NCBI RefSeq assembly: GCF_006345805.1
Contig: NW_021833887.1
Span: forward strand, 1-53,046
Origin: Octopus sinensis
Taxonomy: Eukaryota
Reading direction: 5' to 3'
DNA: 53,046 nt
In this document: positions 13,540 to 24,582 of the stretch, piece after piece
Layout of the letters: the number at the start of each line of letters is the position of its first letter
Numbering within the stretch: position 1 is the stretch's first letter
Notes under the pieces: model-generated
What the model was told of the DNA's origin: nothing
The model's database searches: none
The model's input: the letters and a program-made list of their open reading frames with translations, nothing else
Position numbers and translations under genes: made by a program

Positions 13540-13659
13540 CATACGTGCTTGTGTGTGTGAGTGTGTGTGTGAACATATATAAACACACACACATACATAT
13601 ATATATGTATTTGTGCATATATGTGTGTGTGTATGTGTGTGTATATATATATATATACG

Positions 13660-13733
<74 letters not shown>

Positions 13734-13932
13734 GCATGTATGTATATTTATGTGGTCCGCATCAATTTCTCTGAGATAAATAGGAATTACATAACGTGAA
13801 CCTCAGTTGCTTTCAGGTTACGTAACCTCACACCGAATGTCACTCCATGACATTGAACTTCCAAACACCCACATTAATTCACAATCTGTTGGAATCCTTC
13901 TTTCTTTGGGATATCTAGTACACACACACACA

Positions 13933-13974
<42 letters not shown>

Positions 13975-14049
13975 TTATCGGTTAGGTGTCCATAAACCAG
14001 TAAATATGCGCACTCTGAAAGACGGTTATATTTTTCTATTGTCGAGCAG

Positions 14050-14215
14050 TATATTCCTGGTTATAGCATATAATGTGTCAGAAACCATTAGTTTTCGCGT
14101 CTACTATCGCACTTGGCAATATTATTAAATATTCTTCAGACCGCCAAGTGCAATCGATAGTGTACGCGAAACCAATGGTTACCTTTTAGTCCGGTTATAT
14201 ACTCTGACTAGGAAA

Positions 14216-14220
<5 letters not shown>
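14050..14220. repeat. Imperfect fold-back (MITE-like) element
   Basis: Nested inverted segments AACCATT/AATGGTT, TTCGCGT/ACGCGAA, ACTATCG/CGATAGT, CACTTGGC/GCCAAGTG. Confidence 0.75.
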
Positions 14221-14281
<61 letters not shown>

Positions 14282-14335
14282 GAAATATTAAAACTATTAA
14301 GTCTCTCTAAAGGAGATTACGGCAGCGTTACTGGA

Positions 14336-14729
14336 TATTAATAGTTATCGCCATACTAATATGGTAGTCTATAAATATAAGACTAAAGCTGTCGCTGATT
14401 AGCTCCAAGAGGCCATCGCCTCTAGCTAGCTATTTGACATGGATGTATTCCACTGTAACTAGGTAAATAAAATCTTCGAACAGACGGTCAGTAGCGACGG
14501 TCAGTATCAATGACTACGCTGCATTGATAAAGGGCAACAACCCTGAAACATGTCTGCAGATGTCTGACTAGCAAGGTGAAGCGGCTGAACTCCCCTGTTC
14601 GAAGGTTTGTAATGGACGCAGGTTCGTGTGTCAAATAGCTAGCTAGAGCCGATGGCCTCTTGGAGCTAATCAGCGACAGTTTTAGTCTTATATTTATAGA
14701 CTACCATATTAGTATGGCGATAACTATTA

Positions 14730-14732
<3 letters not shown>
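14336..14732. repeat. 104-bp inverted-repeat fold-back element in a (TA)n context
   Basis: 14336-14439 vs 14629-14732 match at 102/104; inner inverted repeat CTTCGAACAG/CTGTTCGAAG. Confidence 0.95.
14519..14559 (+). ncRNA. Minimal type-I hammerhead ribozyme, U3-A8 core variant
   Basis: CUGCA-UUGAUAA-AGGG(CAACAA)CCCU-GAAA-CAUG-UC^UGCAG. Stems I and II are perfect, stem III ACAUGU is palindromic, triplet is GUC. Confidence 0.75.
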
Positions 14733-14778
<46 letters not shown>

Positions 14779-15019
14779 AACGCACACGCACATATGTATA
14801 TATACATGTATATATACATACATACACTTATATATATACATATACATATCTATCTATATATCTATATATATATGTATATATGTATATATATATATGATAT
14901 ATGATGTATAAAAACATGTAATATACAAATAAATGTCTGTAAATATAAAACCATCCGAATTTCTGAGTACCTCATTTCTTCTAATATAAAATACCTGTAC
15001 ATCATCTCCAAACCTTCTA

Positions 15020-15103
<84 letters not shown>

Positions 15104-15183
15104 GTGTGTTTGTGTGTGTGTATGTATGTGTGTGCGTGTGTATGTATGTTTGTATGTATGTATGCACGTATGTATATATATGT

Positions 15184-15733
15184 CAAGTCACCTTCGAGTG
15201 CTACTGGTTTCATGTAACCCAGTACAACCTGTTGCATGGTCGGGTCGTCGGCGACTAAACCGGCAACCCCACCAAGCTTGCTTGGTGAGGAGGGTGTTTA
15301 TTGGACACCCTGCGGGATGAAAAACAAAACCCGTCAAAGGGCGGAGGAACTCTTGAGAGTCAACGGCCACCCAATAAATGTCTTAAGGATGTACCATGCG
15401 CGGGGACATAGAAATAATCGGACTGAATACCCGATCGCGCGGTTAAACCATTGGGAGTGAAGGAATCCTAGCCTTTGTTAGGGCACCCTTCTAGGAGAAG
15501 ATAACTCAAGTAACTGGGATAACTCCGACATAAAACCTGCGGCTCAGTGGTTGCCGATGATGTTGACTTGTTCTTCTTTTCGGATTATGGCTGCTGTTGC
15601 TTAGCGAGTGGGATTGACTCAGTGCACAGCCTTTCCTCACTTTAAAAAAAAATCTTCTTGCACAGGCATTGCACGATAACAACATTGATTAAGCTTCATG
15701 CAATGGCCATACTCGATAACGAGGGGGCAGCCA
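15184..15733 (+). mobile_element. Non-autonomous bipartite RTE-derived element (5'UTR plus 3' tail)
   Basis: RTE-type 5'UTR-like motif TAGGGCACCCTTCTAGGAGAAG..AACTC; last 35 nt match the 3' end of the RTE fragment at 20965-20999 at 34/35. Confidence 0.75.
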
Positions 15734-16083
15734 CCATGTATATATATCCCAATAATCTTGTAAATCTACATTCTAACTCCTCATTACAATCTAATTCCTC
15801 GCTCATTCTTGAATATCTCAACCATCTAATTATATTCGTGTGTATCTGCTTCTATCCATGTGTGTGTGTGTATATGTACGAGTGAGTGTCTGCGGATTTG
15901 TATGAGTGAGTGTATGCGTACGTGTGAATGTACGTATGTATGCAAGGTATATATACCTGCGTATACAGGGGCGATAATACATGCAGATGCACGTATATAT
16001 GGGTGCACATGTGTGCATATACATGCGAGTAAGAGTCTTATGTGTAGATATTGATATGTATAAACATATATATATATATATGT

Positions 16084-16193
<110 letters not shown>

Positions 16194-16899
16194 TATGTAT
16201 ACATCTTCACATATATATTTTCTTATATTACTAAGCACTGACCTGCCAAACCATCTAAATTCCTGAATTCTTCATTCATTACTACTAGCCCCTCTCTCTG
16301 CCCCATCACTTTGGACTCTACCACTATACATTTGTCACTCCTTTACCTTTAATTACCCCCCCCCCATTCTATCTATCTTTTTATACTCTAATACCTTTCT
16401 CTCTCTATCACCCTTTATTTCCCCACCCCTACTTTCAAATTATCTACACTGACCACTAACTGGTATACTTTCCCTTATGAATATCTTTGTTTTGCTCTTT
16501 TCTTTTACTTTCTTTCCTTTATTTCTCTCTTCCTGTTTTTTTAAATTTTATTATTTTTCCTCTTACTTTCTACTCCTTCTCTCTTTTTTTTTTCTTTATT
16601 CCTCTCTTCTTGTTTTCGATTTGGCCCTACTAATACACTCCCTATTTTAGGTCACTTTAAATAAAACCCTTGATTCAGTAGCACTGTGTACAAGCTCTAT
16701 ACTTGGAATGACCAAATTTAAATACTATTGGATTGTACTCATAAAATATTGGAATCTTACATTTATACCATTCTGCCTTATAAAATGGATCTACAAATAC
16801 AATATTCCTACATATCTCACATCAATTTTCTTTCCTCCACCTCACTCTCTATTTTGTATCTTATCTAAATTAACTATTACTTAACCATCCTCTCACAAC

Positions 16900-16947
16900 G
16901 TCTCTGGTGAAGGGTTATAATAAATATCCTGGAAACAGCTGTAAGAC
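16900..16947 (+). ncRNA. Minimal hammerhead motif (A6G variant)
   Basis: GUCU-CUGGUGA-AGGGU..AUCCU-G-GAAA-CAGCUG-UA^AGAC. Confidence 0.65.
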
Positions 16948-17006
16948 ATTCTATCTATAAATGTTCTAAAATCTACTCAGCCCTGGTTTTTTATTTCATT
17001 ACGAAA

Positions 17007-17092
<86 letters not shown>

Positions 17093-17352
17093 TCCCTACT
17101 GGGAATCACCAACTTTAAGAGAATCTTACATTGCTTATAAACTTTACATTTGGATGGACTCATACTAAACTCTGTTGGACTTTTGGATTTTACTCAAAGG
17201 ATATTGGAATATTACACATACATACCATTATGCCTATAAAACGGATTTATGAACTCAACAATACATATCTTACATCTATTTTCTTTCTTCCACCTCACTC
17301 TCTATTTATATCACATCGAAACTAACTATAACATAACTTTTCCTCTCACACC

Positions 17353-17407
17353 GTCTCCGAGGAAGGGATATTATTATTAATTAATATTCTAGAAACAGCT
17401 GTAAGAC
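17353..17407 (+). ncRNA. Minimal hammerhead motif (U4C variant)
   Basis: GUCU-CCGAGGA-AGGGAUAUU..AAUAUUCU-A-GAAA-CAGCUG-UA^AGAC. Confidence 0.6.
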
Positions 17408-17550
17408 CTTCTATCTATAAATGCTCTAATATCTATACAGCCTTGGTTTTTTTTTATCTCATTACGCAAAAAATGCATATATATATAAATATATATATGG
17501 AAAAATAGTGAAGGTAGAAAATGCTAAAATAATTTTATAAAAAAACATTT

Positions 17551-17586
17551 CAGTACCGGTTTCAGTCATTAAGAATTTTTCAACTG
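17551..17586 (-). ncRNA. Minimal hammerhead motif, U3-A8 variant
   Basis: CAG-UUGAAAA-AUUC(UUAAU)GACU-GAAA-CCGG-UA^CUG; one mismatch in stem II. Confidence 0.6.
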
Positions 17587-17663
17587 TAAGTATGGAAAAC
17601 AATTAAATTTTGGAAAAATTAAAAGAAAAGTTTTTTAAAAGAATATTTGCATAGCAGAATATA

Positions 17664-18060
17664 GGCGCAGGAGTGACTGTGTGGTAAGTAGCTTGCTAAC
17701 TAACCACATGGTTCCGGGTTCAGTCCCACTGCGTGGCATCTTGGGCAAGTGTCTTCTGCTATAGCCCCGGGCCGACCAAAGCCTTGTGAGTGGATTTGGT
17801 AGACGGAAACTGAAAGAAGCCTGTCGTATATATGTGTATATATATGTATATATGTATGTGTGTGTATTTGTCTCCCTAGCATTGCTTGACAACCGATGCT
17901 GGTGTATTTACGTCTCCGTCACTTAGCGGTTCGGCAAAAGAGACCGATAGAATAAGTACTTACAAAGAATAAGTCCCGGGGTCGATTTGCTCAACTAAAG
18001 GCGGTGCTCCAGCATGGCCGCAGTGAAATGACTGAAACAAGTAAAAGAGAGAGTAAAAGA
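17664..18060 (+). mobile_element. Full-length tRNA-derived SINE with CTTGGGCAAG core, internal (TA/TG)n and LINE-like tail
   Basis: A/B-box-like head GTGTGGT..GGGTTCAGTCCC; tail GGCGGTGCTCCAGCATGGCC..ATGACTGAAACAAGTAAAAGAG; multiple copies in the window. Confidence 0.9.
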
Positions 18061-18184
18061 GCATTCAAATACAAGGGATTTTCTTTGTTTCTGCCTGTCT
18101 CTATCTCTCTTGCTTACCCTAGTGGGTGCGAGCGAACCCACAAGAGTAAACAAGAGAGACATATATATGAAACTTAGATATGTT

Positions 18185-18882
18185 TCGACCAAGGATTGGT
18201 CTAGGCCATGTCTAACTTAATAGCACCACCTAATAGGATTGTCTAAATCCTTTTTAAGCCGAGTTTTGTGGTATTATGGTCCATTCGAGTAGGGACTTCT
18301 TCTTAAGTGAGTTGTATCCAGGTATAGGTGGCTTATTTGGTATTTTTTTAATCTGTTTTGGGACAATGTTAAACATGGCAGAGCCTGTTGAGGAAAAGAA
18401 GTTGTATCGCAGTGTATTGATGCGTTGTGAAGCTGAATTGGGTTGGGGGCGTATAGCTCGTGTTCGTAGCCTTGGATGAATTTTGAAGCTAATGTTGAGG
18501 CCGTTTGGGTAATGCTGGTGGTATATTCTCCACATCGTGCAAATGATGTACCGCTCGCGGCGGCACTGGAGAGAGTAGAGTTTCAATGTTTAAAGGCGGT
18601 CCCCGTTATCGAGATCAGTCATGTCCTTAATTCGTTTAGTGAATGCCATCTGGGGGTGATACAATTTCCGAGATGTTTTGTTTTGTATGGGAGACCACAG
18701 GGGAAGCGATATTCGAGGTGTGGCCGTACAAAAGAGGAGAAAAGTGGAATGATGACACCTTGTTCTCTGGACCGAAAGGTTCTTGAGATCCAGGAGCTCA
18801 TCCTACGAGCTGTATCGACCTTATTGTTGACGTGGGCACTCCAACTGAGATTGTTATCAACAATTACACTCAGGTCTCTGAT
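18185..18882 (-). pseudogene. CR1/Jockey-like LINE 3' fragment
   Basis: SWISRTFRSREQGVIIPLFSSFVRPHLEY and LYSLQCRRERYII are typical RT C-terminal segments; 3' stem-loop GACCAA/TTGGTC. Confidence 0.8.
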
Positions 18883-18962
18883 TTATATATATATGACAGC
18901 GTGTGTATCGTTGGCGATTTTTTTCGTCCGTCTTCCCTTCCTTAGATCTTTCTTTTTCTTAT

Positions 18963-18997
18963 GTTTCTGACGAAGAGCTCTGCTCGAAACGTTAAAT
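18963..18997 (+). ncRNA. Minimal hammerhead with intact canonical core
   Basis: GUUU-CUGACGA-A-GAGC(UCU)GCUC-GAAA-CG-UU^AAAU, within a TA-flanked repeat at ~18896-19285. Confidence 0.7.
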
Positions 18998-20051
18998 CCT
19001 CCTTCTTTCTTTCCTTTCCTGAGCGTCCACTAGCACTATACTTGTTCCACGTCCTCGCGTTGTTGTGTTTTCTCTTTGTGTTTTCATGTTTGGATTTGCA
19101 AGATTCTTTATATGAGTTCGTGTGTTGAAGCAAATTCTGTTTTGAGTCAAAACTATTGAAAAGGTTGCAAGATGCAACGAAAATTTTAGGAAAATAAAAA
19201 TAAGGAAAAAAAAGTGGAAATTTTACCAGTGAGTGTGTTACATTATAAGGCACAAAAAGCAAATGACTCTCCCCAGACACAACAGTATATATATATATAT
19301 ATATAACATGTAAATATTGATTCGAAGAACCTTGTCGGATAGGAAAATCCGAAGGCCGCCCGTGGGACGTTTTCTATCGCTTGACTCCTTTTCTATTCAA
19401 ATATGTTCTTCAACCCAATGTTCACATGCATTTATTTATAGATTCATGTATGCTTCGTTCCGATGCAGTTCCGAAGTAAATAAGTATAAAGAAATCTGCG
19501 TTCTCTTGAAAGTTTGTAAATGCTTTTGAAGTGAACAATACGCGTGTGGGTGATTGTGATTGTGTGTGTGTGTGTGAGTGAGTGTCTTTATGTATGTACA
19601 TATTGTGAGAGTGTGTTTGGACATTATTCGTGAATGAAAACCAAAATTTACTATGAATGGGATAAAAGTAAAAGATAAACTGGCAATGAGCGGAAATGGA
19701 AGCACCATTATCAAGTAGTTCCATCTTATAATATTTATTTATTCATCTCTGTGGCTGGGTGTTATTCATGAAACTGTAAAAAGGATAGTCCTTTAGTAGA
19801 ATTGTAGGACGGAAAACGAATATTTCGTATGTAATATTATAAAATAGCTATTATGTATAATATATATAATTTGTATTTATTTATCGTTGGAGACGCTTGT
19901 TTGGGACAACACTATCTCTTTTGTACAGACACTTTGTAGCTTTTGTCTGACGGGACTTTTACGTAGCTTTAATAAACTTACAAGATTACATCTTACAAAT
20001 AATGCTTCTTACACAGCGTGATGTTTGTGTGTGTTGATATTTAGCATATGC

Positions 20052-20280
20052 GGCGAGTTGGCAGACTCGTTAGCACGCCGGGCGAAATGCGTAGCCGTAT
20101 TTCGTCTGTCGTTACGTTTTGAGTTCAAATTCCGCCAAGGTCGACTTTGCCTTTCATCCTTTCGGGGTCGATTAAATAAGTACCAGTTACGCACTGGGGG
20201 TCGATGTAATCGACTTAATCCGCTTGTCTGTCCTTGTTTGTCCCCTCTATGTTTAGCCCCTTGTAGGTAATAAAGAAACA
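20052..20280 (+). mobile_element. Nin/Deu-like tRNA SINE with perfect TSD
   Basis: TSD GATATTTAGCATATGC at 20036-20051 and 20281-20296. Confidence 0.9.
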
Positions 20281-20297
20281 GATATTTAGCATATGCG

Positions 20298-20522
20298 GGT
20301 GGCGTGTTGGCAGAATCGCTGTCACGCCGGACGAAATGCTTAGCGGCATTTCGTCCATCTTCGTCCATCTTCACATCTTAAAAGTTCAGATTACGCAGCG
20401 GTTGATTCTGCCTTTCATCCATTTAGGGGTCGATTAAATAAGTACCAGTTGCACACTGGGTTCTATGTAATTGACTTACCCTACCTCGAGATTGCAGGCT
20501 TTGTGCCAAAATCTGAAATCAA
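20298..20522 (+). mobile_element. Older Nin/Deu-like tRNA SINE copy
   Basis: GGCGTGTTGGCAGAATCG..GCCTTTCATCC..GGGGTCGATTAAATAAGTACCAG. Confidence 0.8.
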
Positions 20523-20577
20523 TATTTAGCAGACACAACAGCTGACTCAATGGTCGAGAGGTTCGTACGTTGGAACT

Positions 20578-20629
20578 TATATATATATATATATATATAT
20601 ACATATATGTACATACATACATACATACA

Positions 20630-20663
<34 letters not shown>

Positions 20664-20960
20664 CATACATACATATATACATACATACATACATACATAC
20701 ACATACATACATGCATACATGCATACATACATACATATATACATACATATATATATACATACATACATACATACACACATACATACATATATGCATGTAT
20801 ACACACACGTACATACGTACATACACGCACAAAACACACAAACCTACATACATACATGCATACATACATGCATACATATACACAAACATACATACATACA
20901 TACATACATACATACATACATACATACATACATACATACATACATACATACATACATACA
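20578..20960. repeat. (TACA)n/(TA)n microsatellite
   Basis: Direct reading. Confidence 0.95.
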
Positions 20961-20964
20961 TTTA

Positions 20965-21527
20965 TGGCTGCCCCCTCGCTATCGAGTATGGCCATTGCAC
21001 GAAGTTTAACTGTTATTGGTGCTGTGATCGAATGTGACTTTTTAGCCCAGCTAAAGATCTACAATGTCTTGTACAGAATTGGCAGCCAAAACCTTTACCG
21101 GCAATTGCCGGCTGTAGTTGTAACTGGGCTTCATGTACCTTTGCATATCGTTTAAGTCCTCCTGCCGAATTACACTCTCTTCCACATGCCTGGCAGATAT
21201 GATTAGTATGGTGTGTTACACAACCACCAGTGTCCAGGTTGTCACTCATCTGGCTCGCTTTATGACTACGAAGATGACTCTTGATTCTAGCTTCACTGAG
21301 GCAGGGTCTTGCACAGACACTGCATGTCAGCATCAGAGGAAGACCCTTCCCATCTGGAAGTGTAACAGCGATGCCCTTCCTGACATCCCTCCTTACTTTC
21401 TCATGCACAACTCGAGATTTCTCAAAAGTAGCTGCCCCCTCGTGCACAATCCTTCTCCACCTGCTACGATGAATAGCTATACCCTCCCATGTGTCAGGAG
21501 AGATGCAAGCATCTCTTAAGGAGATGC
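20965..21527 (-). pseudogene. RTE LINE 3' end encoding three C2H2-like zinc fingers
   Basis: DTWEGIAIHRSRWRRIVHEGAATFE (RTE C-terminus), then CSVC..SHLRSH, CQAC..KRYAKVH, CQFC..SHIRSQH; flanked by (ATGT)n on both sides. Confidence 0.85.
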
Positions 21528-22015
21528 ATACATACATACATACATACATACATACATACATACATACATACATAAATATACCTGCTTTTATCTTATCATT
21601 CAACCCACGCCGTCTTTGTTTGTTAGTTGTCTTGGCACTCTGGAAGCTTTAGATTTTAAGACGCAATTCTCTCGCTTCTTCGTACTTCAAAATAGTTTGA
21701 ATGATAACAAATTGGAATAAAATTTGGAATTCTCAAAGAAACATCACTGCCAAACACTTAAAATAGTGAAGCTAGACCAATGGTTTTTATTGTTTCATAG
21801 TTGTGGTCCATAACTCATGCACATTTAGATGACGAAATATTTTGTGAATCTCTTTTATGTCACTGTATCATTAAATCTGAGAATTAATATGAACCCTTGC
21901 GAAAATATAGGTATGTGTATGCATATGTATGTATAAATATGAACATATATAGGGGGTATGTATGTATATGTATGTATGCATGTTGAATTAATACCTATAG
22001 TTCAAGTAATCTTAA

Positions 22016-22114
22016 TAGATACATAGATAGATGGATAAAAATAAATAGATAGATAGACAGAGAGATAGATAGATAGGTAAAGATATATATATATATATAT
22101 ATATATATAGATAT

Positions 22115-22198
<84 letters not shown>

Positions 22199-22204
22199 GT
22201 AAAG

Positions 22205-22239
<35 letters not shown>

Positions 22240-22276
22240 TAGATAGACAGATAGATAGATAAATAGATAGACAGAC

Positions 22277-22352
<76 letters not shown>

Positions 22353-22353
22353 G

Positions 22354-22430
<77 letters not shown>
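22016..22430. repeat. (GATA)n microsatellite
   Basis: Direct reading. Confidence 0.95.
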
Positions 22431-22431
<1 letters not shown>

Positions 22432-22777
22432 AGAATGAATAGATCTGCCGTGTGATAGTAGGTCATGCAAATGCAAACAAGTAACTAAGAATGTTAGGAC
22501 ATGTGACATGCTGCAGCAGTTCCGAATTTAGAAAGTTGGAAGAAGTAAACAGGAAGTGACGGTATGGAGTAATTTAAGAAGTGTATTGAGATCTCCTTAA
22601 TGTCTTCGAGTTGTCTTCATTAGCGGTCAAGTATGTCCTGCAGACGGATGGAGATGAAACCAAGCATTCGACGACAGCAACGTGACGGACATGTTTATTT
22701 CAAACTATTTACGTATCGTTTGAAAATATGAGCAGACTTAGAAATATACATACGGGAGAATAGACATGGGTGCACGC

Positions 22778-22779
<2 letters not shown>

Positions 22780-22810
<31 letters not shown>

Positions 22811-23040
22811 TGTATGTATGTATGTATGTATGTATGTATGTATGTATGTTGTATGTATGTATGTATGTATGTATGTATGTTTGTGTGTATGTATGTATAT
22901 ACATATATATGTATGTATATACATATATATGTATGTATATATGTATATACGTATGTATGTATATCTATCTATTTGTCTGTCTGTCTGTCTTTTTGTCTGT
23001 TTGTCTGTCTGCTTGTCTGCTTGCATGTCTGTCTGTTTGT
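22780..23040. repeat. (TATG)n/(TGTC)n microsatellite
   Basis: Direct reading. Confidence 0.9.
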
Positions 23041-23428
23041 CTATACCTCTATCTATCTATTCATCTCTCTCTATCTGTATATATATTCTCTCTCAGCCGT
23101 AACCTGGTTGGTAAGGTTGTCTTTCATTGTTTTCTACCTAGTGAGAAATTTTGGGTGTTAAATTTTCTTTTTATTCACCTGAAGAAAACGATTTTTTTAA
23201 ATCGCCCAAATATTTAAATCAGAATTTTGACTGTTATTTCCAGCAGGTAAACATACTTAGCATGTCCTTTGATTAATTTTAATCCTTCAGCTATTTAATG
23301 CTTTTCTTCGGCCTGCAATCGCCTATATTATTGATTCTGTTATTATCATTTTTGTTTATACTAAATAATAACAGAGTCAGTGGTATCTTCGCAAATTATT
23401 TTTTCGTGAATTATTTGCTCCATATTGG

Positions 23429-23460
<32 letters not shown>

Positions 23461-23538
23461 CATACATACATACATACATACATACATACACACACACGTA
23501 CATACATACATACATACATACATACATACATACATACA

Positions 23539-23571
<33 letters not shown>

Positions 23572-23618
23572 GTATGTATATATATATAGGGAGAGAGATA
23601 AAAAATAAAAAGAATTGC

Positions 23619-23657
<39 letters not shown>

Positions 23658-23974
23658 AGGAAGGAAAGAATAGAACAATATCCGTAGGAATTCTTCTGGA
23701 TGCAGATGTGACCGCCATATTCTAAGATGTTGAATCTTGAAGTCTCAAGTTAGTTCTCACTTCGCCGGATTTAATTCGGTTGATAAATTATAACCATTCA
23801 GAACCTGATGTGAAGATGATCCAATAACTTAGACCCCTTTCTCACCAAGGCAGCGAGTCGTTAGTTCTTCTTGCTTTACTTCCCACGCCAGTCTCAGAGA
23901 GTCGCTAACAAGAGTTATGGGTTCTGCCCTTCTCTGACTTTGCTATAAAATAAAAAAAAAAACTGCATAGCTCA

Positions 23975-24350
23975 CATCTAAAAGTACACCAACAGCATTA
24001 CAGATACAGCAACAGTACATAGAAGGACACAAGTAACACTGAGTCAAACTGATAGCAAAGATAAGCCGTATCTGTGTGAGGAAAAGGAGAAAAGTAAGTT
24101 GTATATAGAAGTGAATGGACAATAGTCAGTCAATGTATTTTTTTTATCTTGGTTTGCTTTTAATCCTTCCCAACAGAGAGATGAAATATCACTTGATTGC
24201 AGAAAACTCCCATTTTGTAAATATAGAAGCATGGATGGTGGAATGTCTCCATAAACATTGTGATAGCGGGACAGTGATATCTCTATCTGTAACAATACGA
24301 AGCAGCGACCAAGCCTCTCTGTACTTCCTCGACTGGTATAAATAGCAGCA
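23975..24350 (-). pseudogene. Degenerate L2/CR1-like 3' remnant
   Basis: TVPLSQCLWRHS..SIF and YLQNG..SSDISSL weakly resemble L2-type C-termini. Confidence 0.3.
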
Positions 24351-24369
24351 AACCGTTTTCAAATCACGC

Positions 24370-24515
24370 ACTGGCATCGCGTGTGGTTAAGACGCTTTCT
24401 TCGCAGCCAAATGGTTTCAGAGTTCTGCTTCACTATGCTGTACCTTGGGCAAGCGTTTTCTACTACTGACTATACTCCCCGGTAGACCAATGGGAAACTA
24501 CGTTGAAACCAACCG
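24370..24515 (+). mobile_element. SINE head; its tail is at ~25510-25690, split off by a mariner
   Basis: GTGTGGTTAAG..CCTTGGGCAAG; tail GTTCGGCAAAAG..CCCCAGCATGGCC. Confidence 0.65.
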
Positions 24516-24582
24516 CGCGCGCGTGTGTATATACATAGTCATATACATAAAAAATCACAAATATATGTATTTTTTAAACATG

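Larger units (their letters stand above)
16620..17473 (+). mobile_element. Two diverged head-to-tail units (~16620-17010, ~17092-17473), each with a hammerhead motif; Penelope pLTR/retrozyme-like
   Basis: Collinear similarity (CCACCTCACTCTCTATTT, GAAACAGCTGTAAGAC, CTATCTATAAATG), separated by (TA)n. Confidence 0.75.

Noticed and set aside
17664-17740. tRNA gene calls at SINE heads (also 20052, 40375, 52475)
   Set aside because: A/B boxes are present, but there is no full cloverleaf and each continues into a SINE body
23175-23220. CTGAAGA followed by a CGATTT/AAATCG hairpin
   Set aside because: Lacks GAAA and stem I
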